Shown here: piece after piece, positions 49,742 through 61,170 of the stretch
How positions within the stretch are numbered: the first letter of the stretch is position 1
Layout: the number at the start of each line of letters is the position of its first letter
DNA from: Octopus sinensis
Lineage: Eukaryota
Reading direction: 5' to 3'
Length of the DNA: 64,000 nucleotides
Assembly: GCF_006345805.1 (NCBI RefSeq)
Contig: NC_043000.1
Coordinates: 115,382,001-115,446,000 of the forward strand
The notes under the pieces: model-generated
The model's input: the letters and a program-made list of their open reading frames with translations, nothing else
Told to the model about the DNA's origin: nothing
Databases searched by the model: none
Program-made: the position numbers and the translations under genes

Positions 49742-50700
49742 CATTATATATTTGAAGGATTTTCAAATTAACAATCTCAACAAGCGGAAAAAGGGGAAGA
49801 TGATATATTGATAGGACTGAAAGGGTGGGTGGGGGACTTAAAAAAAATTTAAGCTAAAAGTTAAAAAAAGATATTAAATAAAAGGATAACATTTTTAAGT
49901 GCAACAAAAGCTAGAACTTTGAAATTCATAGTGACTCTAATTTCTTTGGCTGGAACGCAGCAACGTACTTGCCAACTTATCTATGTGTACGACAGTGGCT
50001 GGCTATCTGTCCGTTTGCTGGAGGAGATAGATAAGTTTCATAGGTTGGTATTATTGAAAATTTTTAATGATATCTTCCTGGGGTATCCTCGAAATGCTGC
50101 TCTTCTCTTAAACCCTCTCCTTTAAAAAAATAAGAAAAGAAAAGAAAATTTCACAAAAAAAATAATAAAATCCGTTTTTTTTTTTTTTGGTTGCCAGTAA
50201 AAAAAAAATGAATAATTAATAATAATAAAGATTTTAGTACCTCCAGGAATTATTTTTGTTCTTGGAGACTGTTAACAGTAATGATATAAAAAGAAAGAAA
50301 AAAAAAATCAGTTTTAAATATTTCAGAGGAAAAAAAAAATATAAAGACACAAACATATTAAAAAAATGACTTTAAAAAATTTAACAATTACTATTACAAA
50401 CTGGAATTAAAGGTAAGAAAATTTATGGACATTATAAGAAATTATGTTTAAAGAGAAGAAAAAATGGCAAAAAAAAAACATCGAGAGCAGCTGTAATGGA
50501 GGAAGAGGATTCCACAGTGTTCGCCAAATGGCAGCCTCTTTCAATAAAACCTACAACAGCATGTATTTGCAGTTCTTACTTGGTAATCTGACATGAGAAT
50601 TTTTGATTTCTTTCTTGTCTCTTTTTCTTGTTACATGTTACTGTATTTCTTTATTAATTTAGGGATTTCATTTTGCATTGGTTTTACTTACAAGTGGATA
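49117..50700 (+). other. Probable YTHDF 3' UTR (3' end uncertain)
   Basis: A-rich, free of recognisable TEs, with several AATAAA hexamers (about 49399, 49877, 50165, 50544). Confidence 0.55.
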
Positions 50701-50800
50701 TTTCAGATCGAGATGAATGATTCTTGTTAGTACATCTAGGCTCAGGAAAGTTTTACCTGTTAAGAATGCCTTTCAGTGGGCAGCACTGTTGTTATAAGGT

Positions 50801-51098
50801 CATCATCATCATTGTTCTATCATGGTCAAGACAATGGAATTTACTATGTTACACCAGACTTCACGGTCCATCATAGCATTACGGAGGTTCTGTTGCTGGG
50901 TGCCTGTATGCCTGGAGATTACATCAGGGTAGGAGAGTTTGCACTCTCTGGTATCGCGAGTAGATGGCTTCCAGAGGAGAAGAGTAGAAATGACCTCGTT
51001 TTCAGCTCTACAACAATGTCCTGCAAACTGGACTCTTCTACCTTTCACAAGAGATGATACAGGTGGTAGTTTCCCATAAGTTTCATAGGTTGGTATTA
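50801..51098 (-). mobile_element. 5'-truncated LINE of a second RTE-like family, with TSD and junction filler
   Basis: ORF 50809-51048 (RRVQFAGHC...LLLWKP...YPDVISR...AMMDREVW) ends in (TGA)n; TSD ttataaggt at 50792-50800 and 51099-51107. Confidence 0.85.
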
Positions 51099-51384
51099 TT
51101 ATAAGGTAACATAGCTACTAGTACATGTGGTGGTTTTCAATGAGGATGGGTGGAGCTGACTCCAACCAGTAAGTCATGTTTGAAGGATTCAGTGAGAATA
51201 CAAGTTCACATGTGGTCACATGCATACACACTTTGGGATGGTGTGACCTGTAGTAACTCATCTTGTCATCAATTGCTGACTGTCACAAAGAATTCACTGA
51301 TTATTGGAGCAGACATCGCGTGAGCTTGAACCTGGCTAGATTTTGCTTTTCATACTTGCCGTACAATGCCATTCTAAAAATAAC

Positions 51385-51675
51385 GACTGAGTTCGTTTCA
51401 AGCGGGCCTCATAGAGGCGAGGTGGCTGAGTTCCTTTCGAGTGTTGGGCCTCATGGAGGCAATGACCAGGACCTTTGGCATTGTCATGCTTGAGAAGAAG
51501 ATCCATTAAGCCAAGCAAAATTGCAGCCGTGGCACATAAAAGCACCTGTTACACTCTGAGAGTAGTTAGCGTTAGGAAGGGCATCCAGCCGTAGAAAACC
51601 ATGCCAAATCAAACTGGATCCTGGTGCAGCCTTTGAATGTGCTGGCATGGACAACGAACATTAAATGATGATGAT
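51385..51675 (+). mobile_element. RTE 3'-end short element (same body as 95-455)
   Basis: gggcctcat...gacctttggc...gagaagaagatcc...ggaagggcatccagc...tgatgatgat. Confidence 0.78.
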
Positions 51676-52106
51676 AATCAATGCTATACATGATTAATTC
51701 AAATCAATACGATTGAATGAGCACTGCATTTGGTTTAACAGAGTAACCTGTATGCTAAAGAGTAATAAAGGAGAGTTTTACCTGTTAGGAATGTCCATTC
51801 ATAGCTTGAAAAAACTTGAGCAAACTCAGTCAGTAAAGCACCAGGATGCTTCACAGTATTTGTGTGTATAGCCCAGGGCTATAGTTAGAGGACTTTTGTC
51901 CAAGAAGTTATGCAGTGGAACTGAACCCAAGACTACATAGTTAGGAAACTAGCTTCGTAAAAATAAAAAGAACTAAATGCAAGCACCAAAGCAATTAAGC
52001 CTGTGAGAGGCTTAATTGGCTCTGATTTTGGTGTATATTCCATTGCTGTATTGCAATAAGGGTTTTTTTTTTGTGGTCCTTAAGTTACATATTGCATACA
52101 TATAAT

Positions 52107-52474
52107 ACTCTTTTACTTGTTTCAGTCATGACTGTGGCCATGCTGGAGCACCGCCTTTTAGTCGAGTAAATCGATCCTAGGACTTTGTAAGCCTAGTACT
52201 TATTCTATCGGTATCTTTTGCCGAACCGCTAAGTTACAGGGATTTAAACACACCAGCATCGGTTGTCAAACGATGTTGGGGGGACAAAGACACACAAACA
52301 CATATATATGTATATGACAGGCTTCTTTCAGTTTCCGTCTACCAAATCCACTCACAAGGCTTTGGTCAGCCCGAGGCTATAGTAGAAGACACTTACCCAA
52401 GGTGCAACACAGTGGGACTGAACCCAGAACCATGTGGTTGGTAAGCAAGCTACTTACCACAGCCACTCCTGCGC
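52107..52474 (-). mobile_element. SINE type A
   Basis: Full-length reverse-complement copy. Confidence 0.9.
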
Positions 52475-52854
52475 CTTGACAGAATAATCTGAATACTAAA
52501 GGATAGAAAACATCTGATTGAGATGTATTGTACATTTGAAAAAAAAGACATGATTGGTCTCTGTGTAAGTGTATGTCCTACTACACGTAGCAGCTAAATT
52601 TCCTTCAAACAACTCATCATCTTTGAAAAAAATTTACTATTGCATATTGTGATATGAGATTCTTTGTCTGAAAATAAGATCAAATAGCCATAGCTATTGA
52701 TTATACATCTCCTCTATCAAGACCTTAAACTGACCATCAAAATATATTGTCCATTTTGTTACAGTATTTTGAAAGTACTGCTCTACCTGTGTTTGCCTAT
52801 GTTTCGATTATTATCAGAAGTTGTTATACATCACTGATCACAGTGTGCTTCTCT

Positions 52855-53410
52855 CATTGTTTTAACTTTCAAATGATGCAACCCCACTAGCTGTGTGAGC
52901 AGGCCAGCTTCCCCACTGATTGAAAGGCTGGGCCATTGCAGGGTTACCCGTGGTTGAATGGACTGGAGCAACAGGAAATGAAGTGTGTGGCTCAAGAGCA
53001 CAACATACTGTGCACTCCAGGAATCGAACTCATGATTGCTAGATTGTGAGTGCAGCACCCTAACCACTAGGCCACGTGCCTTCACACTTTTAATAAAATA
53101 AATGTTAAGAAGCTCACTTTCCAACCACATAGTTCAGTCCCACTGCATGGAACCTTAGGTAATATGTCTTCTACTATAGCCTTGTGAGTGGATTTGGTAG
53201 ATGGAAACTGGAAGAAGTCTGTCATGTATATATATATTTTTTGTGTGTCTGTGTTTATATCCTTGTAACTTAGTGGGTTGGCAAAAGAGACTGATAGAAT
53301 AAGTACTGGGCTTACAAAGAATAAGTCTTGCAGTCAAATTCTTTGAGTAACATCCTTTAAGGCAGTGCTCCAGCATGACTGCAGTCAAATAACTGAAACG
53401 AGTAAAAGAA
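52855..53410. mobile_element. SINE type D (-, 52855-53085) head-to-head with SINE type A (+, 53100-53410)
   Basis: Type D head gcacgtggcctagtggttagggtgctgc...gagttcgattcc; decayed type A. Confidence 0.75.
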
Positions 53411-53728
53411 TTATTAAGCTAAGTGTTTGAACATAATCGAGAAATTTTGACAAAAGGTTTTTGTTTGGATCACTTTGTAACTGGAGGTTTGTCTCTTACG
53501 ACCAGGAGCAATCTCAAGCTGTTTGGTATCTAAAGAGTTGAATAATTTTATTTTTCATTTCAGCAGTGTAAATATTTGCTCTGTTTTGGTTATTTTTACT
53601 TTGTAGTTTTCTTTGAATTTAATCTTCCAAAAACACAGCTACCAGTGTGTATCTTTGAGAAATGAGAGTTGTCTTTCAAGTACATTATTTACATTTGACG
53701 GATATTTGTTCTCATCTTGTTTGTTGTT

Positions 53729-53774
53729 AACACAACATTTCAGCTGATATACCCTCCAGCCTTCATCAGGTGTC
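53729..53774 (-). ncRNA. Minimal type I hammerhead ribozyme motif, core intact
   Basis: GACAC CTGATGA A GGCTG gagggtatat CAGCT GAAA TGT T GTGTT: helix I GACAC/GTGTT, helix II GGCTG/CAGCT, loopless helix III (AUGU, likely ACGU before CpG decay), GUU site. Confidence 0.72.
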
Positions 53775-53950
53775 TTGGGGAAATTTCAAACCTGGGTTCT
53801 CTTTCCTACTGTATTTTTCAATGTTGTTGTTATTATTATTATTATTCATGTCACTGCTTGGAATCAAACTTGGAATCTTGGGGTTAATAGCCTGTGCTCT
53901 TGACCACTACGCCATATACCCGTGGGCATATGGTGTATTGGTTTCCCCAA

Positions 53951-53996
53951 GACACCTTATGAAGGCTGGAGGGTATATCAGCTGAAATGTTGTGTT
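53951..53996 (+). ncRNA. Hammerhead motif copy with a core mutation (CTTATGA)
   Basis: Same helices as 53729-53774, but G5 changed to T; probably inactive. Confidence 0.65.
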
Positions 53997-54387
53997 AACA
54001 ACAAACAAGATGAGGGCAAATATCGATCAAATGTAAATAATATACATAATTCCTCATCTTTTAAATATAGAACTGTATTATCTTCCAAGTGTCTTACTTC
54101 TCAGTTCATCTTTATAAACAAAAAATGGTAAGAGATTATGAAAGCCCTAAATTGGAACATCATTTTCAGAGAAATCAAAGACTTTCAAATTTCTTTTTTC
54201 CTTCTTTAATTCCTGCTTTTCGTTATTGTGAACTTATTAAAATAGCAAAATAATGAATACAAAACTTCTTACTTCACTGCCATCAACATGGATCCTACGG
54301 TGCCACTATCTTCACTACAACCAACATTGCCAGATCTGCAAAGACTCAGATTTCTTTATTTCATTCACTTCTGATGCTGGATATTTC

Positions 54388-54835
54388 ATCATCATCACCA
54401 TCGTTTAACGTCTGCTTTCCATGCTAGCATGGGTTGGACGAATGACTGAGGGCTGGCGAACCAGATGGCCGCACCAGGCTTCAATCTTGATCTGGCAGAT
54501 TTTCTACAGCTGGATGCCCTTCCGAACGCCAACCACTCCGAGAGTTTAGTGGGTGCTTCTTACGTGCCAGTCGGGCGTTACTGTCAACGACCTCGCTCAA
54601 ATCCTTTACACATGCCACCGACGCAGGTGCCAGTAAGGCGATGCTGGTAATGATCATGCTCGAATGGTGTCTTTTATGTGCCACTGGCATGGAGGTCAGA
54701 TAGCCACACTGGCAACAATCAAGCTCGGATGATGCTCTTAATACCCTACTAGCACGGGGCTCGAGTGCCAGTAAGGCGACGCTGGTAACGATCACGCTTT
54801 AATGGTGCCTTTTAAGTGCCACTGGCACGGAAGCC
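54388..54835 (-). mobile_element. RTE 3'-UTR fragment with hairpin repeats
   Basis: catcaccatcgtttaacgtctgctttccatgctagcatggg plus about four repeat units. Confidence 0.85.
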
Positions 54836-55412
54836 GCTTTGTACCTGAATTATTTAAAGGTTTCTAAATTTTCCCTTAAGCACAGTAAGAAACTCTTGTC
54901 TTCATTATTTCGTTATTTTATTTCTGTATCACAATGCTCCAAGAAAACTCGCGTGCTTCTTAATTTTGGCTTCAAAAACATTTTAATTGCACGAACTATC
55001 TTACCAGACAAAAATGGTCATGCTGGGTATTTCAAATGTTGGTTTAAAATATTCTGAAAATTTCTATCTTTGCTCTATATTCATAGGCATATTAAGGGCT
55101 GCATTTGGTTCAATTGAGTTACCAGTCATACAGATAGAAAGAGGTTTAAACTGTTTTAACTGTATGTTCTAGAAGATACTTCACACACTCTGGTTTATTT
55201 CCATGTATAAAATGATATTCTTATTGATATGTAATTCAATTTGGTAAGTATAGAGTATTCAATATCATTAAAATATGTTTTTGTGAACTTGCAGGGCTGA
55301 GTGCAGATTCCACTGTCAGAACTACTTGGAGATGAATGAGCTTTAATTTAGGTTAGATACCTTGCAATTTTTCAAGTGTATGCCACTGGATTATACTTTC
55401 ATTCATCTAGAC

Positions 55413-55688
55413 ATAGAGACACCTCGTATGCATTTTTGTGTATGTACTACGTATAAAACATATTTGCAAGAAACAGTACAATATAGCATTTATTTTGTTC
55501 TTGCCTTCATGTTTACATATATATGACATCTATAAATATACATATATATATATATATATGTATATTTATAGATGTCATATATAGGTAAACATGAAGGCAA
55601 GAACAAAATAAATGCTATATTGTACTGTTTCTTGCAAATATGTTTTATACGTAGTACATACACAAAAATGCACACGAGGTGTGTCTAT
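55413..55688. repeat. 276-bp near-perfect palindrome centred on (TA)n
   Basis: 138-bp arms, no spacer, three mismatches counted by eye. Confidence 0.92.
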
Positions 55689-55856
55689 ATATATATATAT
55701 ATTACGGAGATGTACTTGCATAGCAAGTGACCTGATCTGAAATCTTGTGCTGGAACGAAAATTTAAATGTTGAAGTGAATCTAACGGTTTTTGTGTGTTT
55801 CTTAAATGGCTTATAAACACCTTCCATGCTGCAATTGTTATGTGTGTGTGTGTGTT

Positions 55857-56964
55857 AATAATACTAAAACTGAAGGGATGTTTGTGTGTACCTGAAATAT
55901 CTCAGAAATAGTATATTTATCTTAATTTTTTTGCATATTTATTTTCATACTTACCTTCGGCAGTGCAGTACAAATTTTTGTGACATTTTAGTCCTCTATT
56001 AATGAAAACGAGTAACCATAGTTTTTTGTGTTTACTCATGACGTCAACACACGTACAGAATATACCCACATATAGTGAATGCCATGGCATGTCAATCAAC
56101 ACAAACCTACGTCTATCTGTGACATATATACACACAGTCTTTTTGCTCTCTAAGACAAAAAAAAAGTCAACTTTCTGATGTACACAATATTTTAATCATT
56201 TATCTTTAACTTAATGTGATTTCAAAAATGTAAGTTGTTTATACAGTAAGTATTTATATTTTAGCTTTCTTTAAACAGACGATATTTTTGTTTTTTTAAA
56301 AATTATTTTCAAGTTTAATTTCCATAAAAAAATTTTTATTTATTTTACTTTTTTAAAGTGAAAGAGAGTGAGAGCAGTGTGTTGTCATGTATACGTACAT
56401 ACATCAATACATATGCATACGTCTTTTTTGTATGTATCTGTGTGCATGTGTGAATGAACATTTGTGTTCTCATGTATGTGTAAGTGGAACTCTTTCTCTC
56501 ACACACACACGCATGTCCATTTCATATACATGTTCATACATCTTTCACTTTCTCCTCTTTCACTTTAAAACAAAAGTAAATAAATAAAAAAAAATTTACG
56601 GAAATTAACAAACAAAACCAGCTGATCCAGATGACAGTTCTGAGAATCAAAGCAAAAAGATCGCCCCAGGGGAATACCATTACAAAAATTTTTTTCGGGT
56701 GCATTCAACATATCTCAGCTCCAAAGATTTGGCTGCTATTTCTAGCACGCCCTTCTACCACGTAACAGCTATTTGAGTTAAAGGACAAGAAATAGCAGCC
56801 AAATCTTTCCTTTTCCAGGGAAAGGTGCTGTTTACGCATGATTTCAATGTCATATTCATTGAAAGCATGCGAAATAACCAAGAAAAAAAAAACCCCTGAA
56901 ACAAAACTCCGTTGCTGGGAAACTCGGACTTTCGAAGTGATCCAACGGGTCACAGGTAGTCTAG
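55857..56964 (+). mobile_element. Probable Helitron (3' end clear, 5' end tentative)
   Basis: 3' hairpin GTGATCC-AAC-GGGTCAC (56937-56953), then CTAG|T at 56961-56965. Upstream atactaaaactgaagggatgtttgtgtgt resembles the family 1 5' end but lacks TC. Confidence 0.45.
56724..56807. repeat. 20-bp perfect inverted repeat with 44-bp spacer (mini-MITE-like)
   Basis: aagatttggctgctatttct ... agaaatagcagccaaatctt. Confidence 0.85.
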
Positions 56965-57163
56965 TATATATATATATGTATATACACAGTAATATCTTGC
57001 TGTATCATGGTTTATTATTTAAGCTTATGCTGATTCCTCCGTGGTGTTCTTTTGCATTTATGGTAAAATAAATATATACAAATTATAAAATCAATTTTAA
57101 AAAATATACTGTACAGTACTGTTTCTACTTTGCAGATTTTCACCCACCACGGGTCGAGGAATT

Positions 57164-57209
<46 letters not shown>

Positions 57210-57335
57210 AACAAACATATTCTGTTGTGTCTTATAATGTAACACACTCACTGGTAAAATTTCCACTTATTTTTATTTTCCTAAAATTTTCGTTGGAGTT
57301 ACAGCATTATTTTCCACACTCGCAATATTTGTTAA

Positions 57336-57512
57336 TTATCAACATTGATCGGATATGTGTCCTCGTTGAGTTCAAAATTCTACCAGGACACCTGATGAAG
57401 GCTGCAGGGTATCTCAGCTAAAATGTTATGTTAACAACAAACAAGTTGAGGACACATATCAGTCCAATGTAGATAATGTACGGAATCCCTCATCTCTGAA
57501 ATATAGAACGGT
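57336..57512 (+). mobile_element. Third copy of the hammerhead-bearing repeat, with an inverted fragment
   Basis: GACAC CTGATGA AGGCTG...CAGCT AAAA TGTT (57387-57432; G12 lost); 57336-57364 is an inverted copy of 57448-57476. Confidence 0.75.
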
Positions 57513-57723
57513 AATATCTGTTTATGTTCTTTTGATACTGTTATACAGTGTCTTCCATTTGTGTTCCTGTATCATTATTGTTTTGAGATCCATTTCTCCA
57601 TGTTTGCATGCATTGTATTTCTTTGAGCTATTTTCTTCCCACAGCCAATAAAGAACTTGAATCCTTCATCATCGTCAACCTGTGAACATTGCTGTCTCGA
57701 ATCCTCTGGTTTCCATGGTGCTT

Positions 57724-57870
57724 ATCATCATCATTGTTCGACCGAGGTCGAGACAATGGAATTTACTGTGCCACGCCAGACCTCACGGTCCATCATAGCA
57801 TTACGGAGGTCCTGTTGCTGGATGCCTGTATCCCTGGAGATTACATAAGGGAGGAAAGTGTGCGCCCTCT
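57724..57870 (-). mobile_element. 3' fragment of the second RTE-like family
   Basis: PYVISRDTGIQQQDLRNAMMDREVWRGTVNSIVSTSVEQ* followed by (TGA)n. Confidence 0.85.
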
Positions 57871-58124
57871 GGTAAACTATACCAGTACAACCTGTGTCTG
57901 TGGGGTAGAAAGGGCTCCTTAGCCGTAGTGAAGGCAATCTGTCTAGGGAGATAACCTTACAACAAATCACTCAGCCCATAGCTTAGAAATACTGGGTTGA
58001 CGTCCAGCGGGAACAGCTTTGTTTCATGGAGGAGGAAAGATCTTCTTTAGTGCTTGGTTGTACAATGCTTTCCAATGTGTGTAGTAGTGGTGCACGCACA
58101 CATTAGCCATTTGAAAAGAATGGT

Positions 58125-59160
58125 GCTTAAGTGACTGAGATTACAACATTCCCCACTCGATGGAGCATCAATCCATTGTGTGGTTGTTCATTTACAGCTG
58201 AGTGGACTGGGCCAATGTGGAACTAAGTTTTACTTAAGGACACAAACAGGAACTGAAACTGACCTTGCGATTGTGAATGCAATTCCCTGGCCACTAGGCT
58301 ATGTTCTGTCATTCATTGGGGCATGCATATTGTTTTCACAATCATCATCATCATCATTGTTTAACATCTGCTTTCAATGCTGGCATGGGCTGGATGGTTT
58401 GATTGAGGACTGGTGAGCCAGGAGGCTGCACCAGGCTTCAATCTGTTCTGGCAAGGTTTCTACAGCTTGATGCCCTTCCTAATGCCAACCACTCCAAGAG
58501 TGTCCTGGGTGCTTATGTGCCACTGGTGACAACCATGCTTGAAAGATGCTTTTTACGTGTCACTGGCACGAGAGCCAATCAAGCGGTACTAGCATTGACC
58601 ATGCTCAGATGGTGCTTTTTATGTGCCACCAGCATGTGAGCCAGTCAGGCAGCACTGGTATTGACCACGCTTGAATGGTGCTTTTTATGTGCCACAGGCA
58701 CAGGAGCCTGTGAAGTGACACTGGCATCAACCATGCTTGGATGGTGCTTTTATGTGCATGGGAGCCAATCAAGCAGTACTAGCACCAACCAAGCTCAGAT
58801 GATGCTTTTTGTGTGGCACTAACATGGGGGCCAGTCAGGTACCACTGGCATTGACCATGCTCAGGTGGTACTTTTTGCATGTCACTGGCACAGGAGCCAA
58901 TCCACTAAAGATTGTATCATTCAATGCTTTTAGCTTCAAAATTATGTTTTTTGTACTTTAGTGTAACAGACTCTTTTGTTGAACTGCTAAGTTATAGGAA
59001 CACAAAGGCACTCATGGATATAGACATACGTGTTCATTTATGTGATGGGCTTCTTTCAGTTTCTCTCTACCAAACCCATTCACAAGTCTATAGTAGAAGA
59101 CACTTGTTCCAGGTACCACAGAGTGGGACCGAACTCAAAACCTTGTGGTTTTAAAGCATG
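58125..59160 (-). mobile_element. Cluster: SINE D fragment, RTE 3'-UTR fragment with ~6 hairpin repeats (58342-58905), SINE A head fragment
   Basis: Recognisable decayed consensus segments of each family. Confidence 0.7.
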
Positions 59161-59456
59161 CTTAAATGACTAATACTTCAATTATTCCAACAAGTGTTGC
59201 AAACCAATAAATTAATGACATTGATATATTGCCCATTCGTTCCCTTTCAGCTTTGCTCTGTCTTCCCGATATTTCATCTCGTATCTCGTTTTACAGGTCT
59301 GTTTCCACCTCGATGAGTCTTGTTTCTGTTTTGCATATCTTGTTTTACAGCATTTATTTTCCTCAATTACTGTTGAGCATTAACGTTTTGTGATAATCTC
59401 TCTTCTTTAAGCAGTCTCTCATGTGACTGGTGTATCACAAATATCTGTAGCACTTA

Positions 59457-59672
59457 CCATCATCATCATCATCGTTTAACGTCTGCTTTCCATGCTGGCA
59501 TGGGTTGGACGATTTTGACTGAGGGCTGGCGAACCAGATGGCTGCACCAGGCTCCAATCTTGATCTGGCAGTCTTTCTACAGCTGGATGCCCTTCCTAAC
59601 GCCAACCACTCCAAGAGTGTAGTGGGTGCTTTTTACGTGCCACCGGCATGGGGGCCAGTCAGGCGGTACTAC
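59457..59672 (-). mobile_element. RTE 3' tip
   Basis: (cat)n cgtttaacgtctgctttccatgctggcatggg...gagtgtagtgggtgc. Confidence 0.85.
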
Positions 59673-59962
59673 CATATTTGATGCGATACAAAACACACTT
59701 CATTCCCAAAAGAATGTCTCAAAAAAAAGTCAGCCCAAGTCTTATAGATGGACTTGTGTATTTGATGGGATACAAGTTTCACTTTTTCTAATAAAAATAT
59801 TCTCAAAAAATCTCTCTGGTTCTTATATGCAAAGTTAGGCCTCTCAAGCTAATTTTGTCATTGATGCTCACTACAATAGGTTAATTTTTAATCCAGACAG
59901 TCTCTTCTCCCTAGCTTGACTCTAGTAGTAGTAGTAATAATAATAATAATAATAATATTTAT

Positions 59963-60565
59963 TTAACCCTTTAGTATTCAGATTATCCTGTCATGGTGCA
60001 GGAGTGGCTGTGTAGTAAGTAGCTTGCTTACCAACCACATGATTCCGGGTTCAGTCCCACTGCGTGGCACCATGGGCATGTGTCTTCTACAATAGCTTCG
60101 GGCCAACCAAAACCTTGTGAGTGGATATGATGAATGGAAACTGAAAGAAGCCCATCGTATATATGTGTGTTTGCGGGGTATTTGTTTGTCCCCCCCAACA
60201 TCGCTTGACAACCGATGCTGGTGTGTTTACGTCCCTGTAACCTAGCAGTTCAGCAAAATAGACCGATAGAATAAGTACTAGGCTTACAAAGAATAAGTCC
60301 TGGGATCGATTTACTCTACTAAAGGCAGTGCTCCAGCATGGTCGCAGTCAAATGACTGAAACAAGTAAAAGAGTAAATGTAATATTTATTGACATTTTTA
60401 ATTAATCATGCCTTATATTGTTGTTTGAGATTTTGCAGATGTGAATGTATATTTTTGGATGACATTGTTGGGTAGGTGTGAGAAGCCAAATCTGGCTGGT
60501 TTGAACTGATAAATTAGTAACAAACAGGTAGAATATTTGGACAGGTTTAAATGCTGAAAGGTTAA
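59963..60565 (-). mobile_element. piggyBac-type MITE family 2 interrupted by SINE type A (+, 59994-60374)
   Basis: TTAAccctttagtattcagattatcctgtca|SINE|aatgtaatatt...aaggTTAA. Confidence 0.8.
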
Positions 60566-61170
60566 ACAAACATGATCTAAGAGAAATAACTCAAAATAGC
60601 CAGTGGCTATTTGAATAACATAGACAAATACATGTATGTCAAATGTCATACAACATAAATGTTTGATTTGTTAATGCTATTTCCACCTCTAAAGGATTTA
60701 TCTTAATTAGCAAATGGCTCATTAAGGCCCTACTCATACTGGTTATCATATAGCAATTTATGATTTCAAGTCTTGCAGCCACTAAGCTCGTCATCAAGGT
60801 CCGTAACTCTATTTGTCTGCTTAACAAACAAGTTCGGTCGCTAATTTTGAAGCGAGTGTGATGGTGAATACAAAATCGCAACCCCTTCACAAACCACACT
60901 TGCGGACTATGTCATCAATGAGCTGGCGTAACAGACCAGAATATACCCCTGCCCAGACTATACCCCATCCAGACAGTCAGCCCAGAATATACCCCTACCC
61001 AGACTGTAACCCATGCTTGCGGACAAATAACACAGATGTACCTCACTTATAAAAGTTGCCTCAGAATGTATATAAAATTTTATATAAATCGATGAAGAAT
61101 TAAAAGTTACATGTAAATTTCGACTTAAACATTGCAATTTAGAATTATCAAATGCAAATATTCAATGTAC

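Larger units (their letters stand above)
53683..54077. mobile_element. tRNA-headed, hammerhead-bearing element in inverted (Penelope pLTR-like) arrangement
   Basis: ~100-bp inverted arms (53685-53783 and 53943-54041). The interior has a minus-strand tRNA-like head (A box 53904-53914, B box 53860-53870) and a palindrome around 53922. Confidence 0.8.

Noticed and set aside
49117-50700. GGACT/DRACH motifs in the UTR as m6A autoregulation
   Set aside because: Short degenerate motif; no enrichment can be shown by eye.
50744-51797. ~27-bp imperfect direct repeat (aggaaagttttacctgttaagaatgcc / aggagagttttacctgttaggaatgtcc) as a TSD
   Set aside because: It does not abut the ends of any single element; origin unresolved.
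53845-53921. tRNA-like heads (also in SINE types A-D) as real tRNA genes
   Set aside because: No complete cloverleaf or terminator, and they run into repeat bodies.
60899-61025. Short ccagaatatacccct duplications
   Set aside because: Only two imperfect units, with no structure or family assignment.
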